Assembly: GCA_965203295.1 (NCBI GenBank)
Contig: CBDBCZ010000011.1
Coordinates: forward strand, 32,001-96,000
Direction: 5' to 3'
Source of the DNA: Nitrospirales bacterium
Lineage (GTDB): Bacteria > Nitrospirota > Nitrospiria > Nitrospirales > UBA8639
DNA: 64,000 bases
Of this stretch, positions 46,741-57,800 are shown in pieces; position 1 is the first letter of the stretch; each line of letters opens with the position of its first letter. The notes under the pieces were generated by a model. The model was not told the DNA's origin. It worked only from the letters and a program-made list of their open reading frames with translations, and did no database searches. The position numbers were made by a program, and so were the translations under genes.

Positions 46741-47289
46741 GCAGTACCAATCCTAAGTCTTGTGTGTGTAATAGTAAGGTATTGATAATAACCACTGCCT
46801 TTATTATGCTTATGATAGGCGAGGGCCCCCATATGGCTGAGGGCCCCTGTTCCCATATTCCTTGTAAACTAAGGGGGGTCCCATGTTCCCAAGAGGAGCC
46901 CCATCTTCCCGGTAGTATGGGGCCCTAGGGGCCCCATATGACTGGTAAGATGGGACCCTGGGCCCCCAAGATACCGGTAATATGGGGCCTGGGGGGGGGG
47001 GGCAGTTTAGGGGGACCCCATTTTCCCTTGACACCTGTGATGGGTGTGGCCTACGCGTACTGTACTCGTGACTTATTCAGTAATTGCGTTCCAGGGGTTC
47101 ACGTGAATTGATCCTAAGTCTCCAGACCACTTCTCCTCGTGCCGATACTGAAAGCGATCGGAGCTGAGGATCAAAGTGGGCTGGCTCGCGAGACTACCTT
47201 TGTTGGATACAGATATTACCCTGCAGACAGTCATGCTTTGGCAAACTGGAGCCAGACAGCCAAGGCCAATACAACAGATCTCCGCAAAA

Positions 47290-47508
47290 CTATCAAAAAC
47301 GTAGGGTAGAGTAGCATAGCGCAATAACTTGCCACTCCCGTCTGTAGCATGATGAAAATATTGTGTCCCACCACGAAATTTTGCACAGCAAGTGAGTTGG
47401 ACGGTCGTATCCAAGCTTCTGGAACGCTTCTAGAATGGCTATATAAACATCAGGCTCTTCAAAATCTCGATGGAGTCGAAGAACTAAAACTCTATTGGGA
47501 ACGGCCAT
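47290..47508 (-). pseudogene. Second RecQ-helicase N-terminal remnant (outer AcademH-like element)
   Basis: Frameshifted EAFQKLGYDRPT..FVVGHNIFIMLQT.SGKLLRYATLPYVFD, i.e. RecQ motif 0/I. Confidence 0.6.
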
Positions 47509-48209
47509 AGCTCCCAGACAGAAATTAGCCTACGATTAGATAAAGAGCGATTTCATTGGTTAGCGCGGGCCGCAGTTAAATTCTACCGCGAATGTGAGAA
47601 AATCTGATTGACTGTACCATAGATAAACAATCCCTAAAGGGATTGTTTATCTATGACTGTATTTGCCAGACACATATTTCAGGAGGGGGGGGCTTTTGGG
47701 GGGGGTCCACATATTTCAGAAAAATTCTGTGGGCGTGTCAGATACACCTCTCATGCGTGACGTATACAATCGATTCAAGACTAGAAGTGGAACCATGAGT
47801 CCGGTCCCGTATCGAGCTGCTGGTAAAACGGTAACGAAAGATATATTTATTCAAATATTACGCTATTGATACAAAAAAGAAGATACTATGGGATATAAAG
47901 CTAACTCATTTATCATGTGCAATGCAAAATGAATCGCCCCTCTGCAACTGCTGCAACATGGCAAAAGCGGCGTGGCACTTAGTTGCAGAGGGGCGATTCA
48001 AGGGCTCGGGCTTTAAACACAACAAAAGACTCCTACGCCGCCTTACGAGTCCATTTTCAAGGTGATAGAGCCGGGGCGATATAGTAAAAAACTCCAAAAA
48101 CGGTCAATGGAGAGTACTGTACTAAACGTGCATTACGTAATCTACAGTACTGAGCTACACGTGACTTTAATGAGACCTGATCAGTAAAGGTCAACCTTGA
48201 CCGACCTCC

Positions 48210-48570
48210 TCTGGGTGGTGCCTTCTTCAGAGAGAAGCATGAGTCCATCCACAAACAGCTCGGTGGCATCTCGGTAGACATTGATCAGGATGGTTGCCAG
48301 TGAGGGGCAGAGGAGTCTTATGTTGTTTAGGGCAACTTCCTGATTAAGGGAGTTGAATGCATTGCTGGCGTCAACAAGCAGGACAGCTTCGCTGTCTTTG
48401 TTGTGGAAGGAGGCATGCATTGCATGCACGGCTGCTTCTATTCCGGCAATCTGCCCAGCGCAGAGTTGTAAGGAGCTGGCGGCTTCTTGGAGGTCAGCTT
48501 TTGTAACAAATAGAACGGCTTTAGAGATAATTCATTGGGCTGTTTCGCAGATAATTCCAATTGGTCTATC
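48210..48570 (-). mobile_element. Internal RT fragment of a divergent CRE-like element
   Basis: PIGI..KAVL..LQLCAGQIAGIEAAVHAM..EAVLLVDASNAFNSLN..EGTTQ; lies between about 70-bp direct repeats at 47725-47795 and 48575-48645. Confidence 0.8.
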
Positions 48571-48883
48571 ACATCTCTGTGGGTTTGTCAGACACGCCTC
48601 TCATGCGTGACGTAAAACAATCGATTCATGACTGGAACTGGACCTAACTTTATTAGAAGTGTACTTGCAAGCATATAATTTCTCTGCACATATACATGTT
48701 TATGCACAGTCATGTATAATTATAGGACTGACGTACTTATGTACTTGCATGACAATTAATACATGAGTGTGTGAAGGCCTGAGTAGTTGTGTCTTATATT
48801 TTATTTCTTTCAATGCATCCCAATATGCAGGAAAGTCTGAAGATGGTGTGGCTAAGCCCGTTGGTTGTTTGAAGCTACATACA

Positions 48884-51800
48884 ATGGCAGAGGCTCCTAA
48901 TGAACTTTCATCTCAGCAGGGCAGTGATCCTGCATTATGTTCAGAGGGACATCCTCATGAGCTTCCAGCAGCCCTGCAGAGGATTCAATTACCTGAACCA
49001 AGTTTAGAAGAAAAACGTGAGGTGGTTCAAAAATGGAATAACAAGGCTGCAGATATCTTTATCTTGATACATGAAGGTTAGTAATTGTGAATTGCAGCTA
49101 AAGATTGTTAATATTTAAATATAAGTATACCTACTGAGTTACTGTATACGTATGTGACTTTAGGGTACACAGTAAAATACACATTACATTGGCATTAGGT
49201 CCTCCATTTACATGCGTGTATACCAAACATCCAACTTTTTAATAAGGAATGACATCATTTTCGCACACATGACTGTAGACATTCGTAATAACAGTGCATT
49301 ATCTCTAATGCATAGCTACATTGTTGGACAAGAGCATGTACTATATCCTACAGTTTTGTACTCCTTAGTTACAATATATCCTGCAGTTCTGTACTTCCTT
49401 GGTTACATACATAACCTCAAGTTACGCATGCCCATGCATGAGCATGCAGTAGTGCCATATTAAGTTAGGGAGGCTGTGAAGATGTGTTTCCAAATATCCT
49501 CTGTGGATATAGGTTTATTCCTCAGCTGCGCCTCAGGTAAAACCACATCCACAGTACTAGTGGCTATATTGACACATATCTTCCTCTGTGAGGTGGTGTA
49601 GCTATCCTATATACTTAAATCCTGTGCAGTCCCATCGCGTAACTTGAGGTTATGTATGTAACCAAGGTGACACTAAGCTAATCAAAGTTAGGCCTAGCCA
49701 GAAATGAGGGTTTTACCTACATCATCCAGTAGTCGTGGTGAAGTATGATGTCATTATACAAAAAGTGTAGCTATAGTGAGTGCAAATTTGTTGTGCTACC
49801 TCATCTCAGAGCTCTTAAACTTTTGTAGGTCATGCAGATTCCTAGTTATACTAAAGTTTCCAAGGGGCCTACATGTCCGAACGTTCCAGTATGTTCCAGT
49901 ATGTAGAGAGCCAGCTTCACATATTCAGAATCGCGGTCACCACTCCTCAAAATGAAGTACGATAAGTCTTTCTTCTTGATGTCTGGACATAAACCCTATA
50001 TAATTATAGACCCACTAATGTAGTTGTGGCGTCAGCAGCACATTTGTCTTGGATTCAGAGACAATTTGAGCAGGTAAGTAAATATATAGTGCCTATATAG
50101 TGTGAAAGAATGGCACGCATTGGCAAAAATTGTTTCTGGGCTTTCTCTCCAGTTCTTATACTATAGCCCTGCACAGGTTCTGTGGCCTTCTATCACCCTG
50201 TTATCAAGCTATGAGCATCAAAGCTGTGCACATGAATTTTCAATGATATATCTCGACTTCTGGTAATGCCTAACCTTAACGTGGAACGTGTAAAGCATGT
50301 ACGCTGTTTCTCAATTGCCAAGGGAGCTCATACTCGAGTACCTACAAAGATGTTTCAGATATTTAATATACATTACCATTGCAACCACTTTTTCCATGCT
50401 ATGGCACTCAAAGGAGGCTACATACAGAGATTATTTCTAAACCAATGTATAGTAAAATCAGTTAAAGGACAGTTTGGTTGAGGGGTTACACTCCTCGGCT
50501 TTGCCGCGGACTTTAAATTCCAGCTGTCCTTTAACTATTACATATCAGAGTATTCCTATATACCGTCCACCCATGTTCTGAATCAAAAAAATTACTGTAG
50601 ACCGCATACCTTTGTCTGTACCAAACTGATGTGTACCGTACCGGCACCTTCCATACTTACGGACTGTACCACCCATACATCTGGTAAAGTATGCTAATTA
50701 TTTTTAGTCCTTTCAAAGTGACTATTTTTGCTGATAAATTATTGGATCATGCATGAAGACCCGCTGGCATGACTATTACACTACCGTATAGCGCTTAAAT
50801 TTGGCGGGTCTAAAAATTCGCGAATAGCCGTTTTTGAACGTTTCGTTGAATTTCGCGAATTCGTTGTTCAAATTTAATACCCACTTACTAATGAATATAT
50901 GGGCGAGCGTAACTAAATGCGCACAGATTTACAGGAAGCATAGTAGCCAATTGTGTCTAGCCCTCCATGCTCTGCTGCTCACTTTCCAATTTCGGCCTTC
51001 TTCGCGCTTGTTTTCAGGCATCCTACCCCTGACCTTCGCACCGGCAGATGGCTGAAGTACAGCGACTTAGCTGTTTAATAACCGCAAAATCGCGGACTAG
51101 GGCACTTGTTTGGAGAGCGGTCCTTGTGGATCCGGCAACTTGGACCCCGGATATTGTCCGTCCACGCTCTAAAAGTACCGAAGCGGCGGGATAGTAGGTC
51201 AATACTCTACTATCTGTGCGGAAGTGTAAAAATGAATTATTTTCGTTGAAATAATCTTGCGAATCGTTCCAAATTCGCGAAATTCGTAAAATAAAAGACC
51301 CGCGAAATTTAAGCGCTATACCGTATTACGCAGTTTTTGTTCACCTTCATGCATTCAAGCTCCCTAAACCTTAAACTGCATAATAGTAATGCAATACAAT
51401 ATTATACCATCCTCTCCCCTTTTTTCAGCTAGAGAGGCTGTGACTTTTGCAGGGAAATCTCATATGATTCATGCTGTGTAGGGAGGCATTTTAGGATGGG
51501 GGGGGGGGGGGTGCAGGCTGCACAGCAGCTGATAATGTTTCTGCACAAAGTGTGTGGGGACAATTAGCTAGCTACTAAAGTTTTCAGCTGTGACAAATTG
51601 GTTCTTATAGCATCTTGCTATATTAAAGGTTATGCAAGGTATCATCCCTACAGCATGTCTTTGTCAGTTTCTATAAGACAAGAAGTTAATCCACGACATA
51701 GTTGCGTGGCTGTTAGAGTGTGGCTACTTTGCTGGCTGTTGATACATCATGTGACAAGCACATGCAACAGTGATACTGTGTAAACACTCAATTAACTTGT

Positions 51801-54800
51801 ACAGGTATTGTTCACCTTGGAGCCGGGGCAGAAAAAGATTGGTTGAGCCACTGTGCTGCCATACAATTGCAAGAAAACCAATCATGCAGAGCAGATGGTT
51901 ACCTAGTTTCTCGTTGACACAAATTTTGAATGGGGCACAGCCCCATGCTTTCTGCATTTATGGGGGTTTCAGTACGCCCACACCTACGCCTGTTGATGAT
52001 ATATTTTGCATCACAGATATATATTTATATGAAGAGGGTTTAAGTCGCCATGGAGAGCTTATTGTTAGTGGGCAGCGATTTTTCTAAGCCTAGTTGGCAT
52101 AATTGACAGTAATAGATGTATGCAGAAATGTGTGAAGTACATGTATGGTGTCAATTATTATATTAGGAGAATATGATGTTATTGCTACTGCTGAACCCCG
52201 TGAAAATTCTTTGTTGGAGACTGAATACCCAATGACATGCGAGGTGAGTACTACATAATAGTCTCTGAATTACCAACATATTTTTTGGGTGTTGTAGCCT
52301 GCCTATATATGATGAAATTCAAATCAAGCATATTATTGGACGGAGCCAGCTGCTGGTGTTCTTTTTTTCGCCTAATGCAAAGCACTTGCAGACACTGCCA
52401 TCCAAGGCGGTAGGACCTGTATTCTCACATCTTTACATTTATAGACTCAGTAAAGGAGGTGCCACTGATCAGCAGATAAAGGGGTTATATGTATTAGTTA
52501 TAACACGCCTAGGAGGGATGATGTTGATTTATAAGCACAGGCCTGAGGGCTGAGTGCTTATCAATCAACAACATCCCGACTGGGCGTGTTTTTTAAGTGA
52601 TTTATTTGATTTTGTTAAGTGGTTGCAGCAGGACTACAGTGGTGCTGCTGCCAGTGCCTATGCTGTGTTACGTAAGAATACTATACTGTTTACTTTGCCT
52701 AGCCTAGGTCCTGCCCAGTGCACCTTGCTTCCGTGCTGACTCAGCTGTATCTGCATATTTCCCTAACCGCAGTGCAATATCTGCTGTGCTTCAGCAAGCG
52801 TGCTCGTAGCTCGTTTATTTGCCCCAATAAACTTAGCAACCACCTAGCAACGGCAAATAAATAATAAATAATCATGTTTGGCACAAAGGAGAGGACACAG
52901 AGGGATGAAACTTAGACCATGTGAGCTTTGAATGAAAACTAAGAAAACGTATGTAAAATTTCTCTATTATCAGTTTCTATGAGGGGTTATGGCCAAAAGA
53001 AAACTATACACAGCTCTTATGAGAGCACGTGTTCAAAATGGTGTCAGGCAGCTACATGCATGCTGCCTTAGATCCTGTGATGCATGAAGCATCAGGGAAC
53101 AGGACAAGTCTCTAACATAGTGAGGCTTACTACAGCTCCCAGGTTAGTACAATTTATGTTGCTTCGGTATAAGTAGAGAGATATCAGCACTAGAAACAGA
53201 CAACATGATCGAGCTATGCAATATGACTTTCAAGCCGCACAACTTGTCTTCCGCTTGTGTAGCAGCTGTACGTGGCTGACCCTTGAAAATATGCTGCACA
53301 CAGAGATGCAAATCTCACAAAGACCAAACACTTTTTGTAGCTTAGTTTAATTTTGCCAATACCTTAGCTACTGTTATTCTCGCAATGGGGCCTGGGTCAC
53401 AAAAATATCCCAGCCTAACCACACCCAGGTCGTTATGTATTGTATAATTACGTTCTCTTGCAACAGGCTGAGTCATGAAAAATTCCGCACTTACATACAC
53501 TTGCAGCTCTGCTCATCCACCGTACTTTATATTTGGGTAGTGGTTATGACTAGATTGCAGGGGATTTATTGTTAAGTATAAAGAGGGGTCACTGAGGGGT
53601 TCACGTACTGTACAACTCTGACCCTTAGGAGATAAAAGATTCAAATGATTTTCTAATTCCGCTTTCTATATACATCCAAATATTCTGTTTATAGCTCTAC
53701 GTAATAATTAAAGTTCAGTTTGGGTGTGGGGAATTTAAAGTTTGAGGCGAAGCCAAGGAGTTTAACCCCTCACCCAAACTGACCTTTAACTGATTTGATA
53801 TACATTGGTATAGCAATGACCCCTGTATGTGGCCTCCTTTGAGTGCTATAAGCGTGGGAAAATGTGGTTGCCATGGTAATGTACATTAACAGTGTGTATA
53901 GACTGGGAAGCTGAGAACCTGTGTTCATTTCCCCCCCCCCATGCACTTTTTCTAGAATCTGATCATCTTCTCACTGTTTGTTGGAAGTATTGACTGTCAT
54001 GCATTTGATTTAGTCTCATTCATGCACTTCTAAACTCCATTCCTTTTCGCGAGTGCACAGGTCTGCGAAGGTCTTTAGGAACAAGGCTACTTTTGAACCA
54101 AATTTTTAATGAGCTGTGCTGTCTTACCATGACATTGTATCAGCCAACTAAATGCCATGAGTGATCTCTACATATTGTTGAGCATAGGGAATGATATAAG
54201 ATATTGACCTGAAGCCCCATTTTCAGAGCTTCTTTTTTTGACACTGAGTGTATAGGCCATGATTACGCATACACCATCTGCACTACTGAGCTACACTCAC
54301 CATACTCACAGTTGGCTGTGGTTGCTACCATAATTATGCGTTGACACTTTTATTATTCAATGTGGCAATAGAAATTAAATGTGGCTAGTACCACACATGC
54401 ATCAAAAAGGAAATGTAGCATGAAGACGGGCATACCTCAGCACCCCACAGTCATTGGCAGTAGTTCCTGTCAAGAAATGACAGTGACTAATTTCAGAGCT
54501 TGAACTCCATCTCTTATGTAACAGATTGATATCAGAGATTTCCCTAAAGTCCCTATTACCTTTGCTATTCATAATAACATAATTTTTTGGGCACCCAGCA
54601 TGCATTCCTATTCACAGCCTTTCCAACATAGCGCAGCAATTATTGCATTGAATTCTCATGTTCAAATCTAATGCAAGTCCAATCTTTACACCTTTTTTAC
54701 CAACATTTTCCTGCACTTAATTATTCATGACTGCTTATAATATATATAAATATGAAAATTCCTTTGTTGTCTTTGTACATAGAACTTAGATTAAAAATGC

Positions 54801-57800
54801 AAAATGTATATATTCAGACTTCCCCCCCTCCCCCCATTGCTTGTGATACTGCGAGAATCACTGGATATATGGCATTATTTGTCTCTGTAATTTCATGCAG
54901 GCTGTGCTGAAGTGGTTGCAGCAAGTCCTCCGCTTCTTTCCTTCAACAGACACAGAAGTTGAAAAATGTATTTTGGAAACTCTCAAACACCTCCAAGATA
55001 ATGATTTTCTCATCAGTGTGTTTGGCCAGTTCAACTCCGGAAAAAGTACACTCCTAAATGCAGTTCTGGCAAATGAGTACGCAAAATACAGTAACACACC
55101 TGCACTGTTGTTTGTTATGTGATGTCATTGGGGGCTATGAGTGATAAATAAACATACCAGCCTACATAGCCTACAGGAATTTTAGGGCAACTACAACCAA
55201 TTGGAACAACTTCTGTGAAATTCATGGTAATGAACCATTGGTAGATCTTTCCGCTGTGTTGCTAGTTGTACCCAATCTTTGGTTACACTACAAAATGGCT
55301 CTTTCATGTTGGCTTTAGTTAGTAGGGATCCTGGAGTGAGAAATGTTACCACCTTGGCCATGTCATCAATGGAAGTATACTATATGAATGTTTTTATGAC
55401 AATTAAGGAATAGATGTCCTTTTATATTGACACTGTGGACTTTGTGTGTCAATGGGTCCATTTTCAGCTGCCATTAATTTTACCTGTTATTACCCTGCCC
55501 CGTAGGCGTAGGGATGGTATTCTGATTCAGAATAGCCAGCAAACAGGGTTGTTAAAAGTGATGCTTTGCAGATTGCTCTTTTTGATGCTCCCCCCCCCCC
55601 CCCCCCCATCCACACATACACACACACAATTCAGGTGTCTGCCAGAAAGTGAGCAAAGTGAAACAATGATGCCTGTAAGGATAGCACACAGAAGAGATAC
55701 CCATCCTGGATCTTGTAAAAGTTGCTCAAATGTGCAGGTATAGATCCATTATAAAATATAAATACTTCCATTATTCTTGTTGATATTTATTTTGTTTCAG
55801 ATGTGTCCTCTACTAGAGGAATCCAAACCTGTTGATGGTCAGAAAATGATTTTACCAGATAATCCCACAAGAGGTGCAGAGAACATCTATGAAGCCCTTA
55901 CAGTTATTGACCAAAAAGTGAAGGGAAAGAAGCTGGAGGTTTGTAAAAAGTGCAATATTTATGCCTTACAGAGTACATCTTGAGCATACCACCTGATGTA
56001 GTAAATTCCTTAACAGGATTTTTCATGGTCATGTAGTATCCGCCTTTCATGCCCATGCATTCAAGATTTAAGTAACTAACTCACTTTGTGCTGTGTGTGC
56101 TGGGTTACTTGCCCATGCATTTGGTAAAGTATTTCCTGTAACTCAAGAGAGAATCCATCCCTGCCTGCATGCCATCCTCTCCAACACCACAATGGTAGTA
56201 CTATGCTATAAGCTTCCCTAATATCACTAGTTACCAACATTTCCCTTGGGATCGTTGCCATAGAATCCTCACAGTTAGGTCATACCATAGAGAGGAGGTG
56301 GGCTGTCCCGCGAGACTAAGACTCTGGTTGTTAGGCGCACCTCGCTATTAGGCACATAACATTTATTAAGCGCATGCTTCCTTCCCGGTCGTGGGTATCA
56401 TTTATTGAGTGCATGCTAAAAAATGCCAAAACACTCTTGCGAACTCCCTAGGTACGTGCCCGACTACAGTTCTGTCTGCTTTTAGCAAAACAATTGCACA
56501 TCGGTCAAGAGCGTTTCCTTGAAGACATGATGGCCATGGATTATATTTTCTTGAAGGAGGATGGAGTCTTCTGATACTTTGCTAATACTCACCATTTTGC
56601 TACTCTCAGCTTTTTTTAACGTGACTACAAAAATAGCTGCCTCTGCACACATCTTGCATTGTCATGTGTTGGGTGTGGCTTCAATAATTGCACCCCTATT
56701 AGCGCACATCCTCTATTAGGTTCACGGTTGCTTGAAAAGGGAGTTGCAGTAATACATATCCTTCAGAGAAGATCTCAGTTGGTTCTCGGCATTCATGTTG
56801 ATCGGAGTTCTTTATCTACCAACCATGAATTGGCTTTGCACACAAAGACATATTATGATGAAGTTTGTGAAGCCAGTTTGTGGTTGGTTGGTAGAAAGAG
56901 ACTCTCATCAACATGGATACATATCCTTCAAACAACCTTTGCCTTTGTTTTTGTAATGGTAGTACAGGAATTTATTCGTGTAAGTATTGTATAGCGCAAC
57001 GTTTTGATGATCAGATTCCAAATCTTTCCCAATTTTTCCACAGACTGCAAATTGTGAAACGTTCAATGGTCACAAAACTTTGCCGATCATTTTTTCATTC
57101 ATGTGTAAATACAAGCTTAAGGTTACTCTGTTACTTCAAACTGAAGGATGTAAAGCTGCAGGATTCTCCAAGTCCACTCTCAAAAGCACACTGTCGTTAT
57201 AGCCTAGCTCACTCCCAGGCTCTTCTGCCCAGCTTTTTTTTCACACTGCATGTGGAAAAAAGCTGGGCAGAAGAGCCTGAGAATGAGGCTAGACTGTCAT
57301 ATCTCTACTGCATAACAGCTGCTAATTCTTCCAAGGGCAGTATATTTTCCAGATTCCTTTGTAGATGGGGTAAACTTGCCAGGAAAATTGCATGTTCAAT
57401 AGCAGGAAGCCTCACCAATGAGCATGGCCCTATTCTATATCCCAGGGCGCCCCCCCCCCCCTCTATATGAAACCCTGCACATGTTGTATATTTTTGGGCT
57501 ATTTTGATTTGAGATATATTGATTACAGTGATCCAGAACAATTTTTTTAAAGCATGCATTCTTTGTTCCACTTTGTACTTCAGGTCACTTCTCAATTCAC
57601 CATTAAGGCACATGTCCCTGCCATTGCTAATGTACAAGAACCATGGAGAGTGCTTCTTGTTGATAACCCTGGCTTTTCAGCTGATGATGATGGGATAAAT
57701 AGCCTTGCACACACTGCAATGAAGACCAGTCATGCCTATGTACTCACCCTTGATTACAACACCATTGAAGATGAAAGAAATGCCAAAACCTTTCAGGATA

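Larger units (their letters stand above)
43905..47037. mobile_element. Nested TIR element with subterminal GGGCCCC repeats
   Basis: TGTCATAAAATTTTGGGGCCCC at left and GGGGACCCCATTTTCCCTTGACA at right; GGGGCCCC arrays at 43920-44010 and 46820-47020. Confidence 0.55.
43415..47196. mobile_element. AcademH-like non-autonomous DNA transposon with RecQ helicase remnant, carrying nested insertions
   Basis: About 100-bp TIRs (TAGTCTCGTGAACCAGCCCACTT..AAGTGGTCTGGAGACTTAGGAT); perfect 9-bp TSD CCTTTGTTG (43406-43414, 47197-47205). Frameshifted ELRERQEEVVAKFVRGRDVFVFLP.SGKSLCYSVLPSTFDKLR at 43649-43845. Confidence 0.88.

Noticed and set aside
50024..50683. Extra GTPase exons (50024-50073, 50177-50262, 50601-50683)
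   Set aside because: Splice signals are plausible, but I could not chain them in frame to 52167 without a stop; left out pending RNA-seq.
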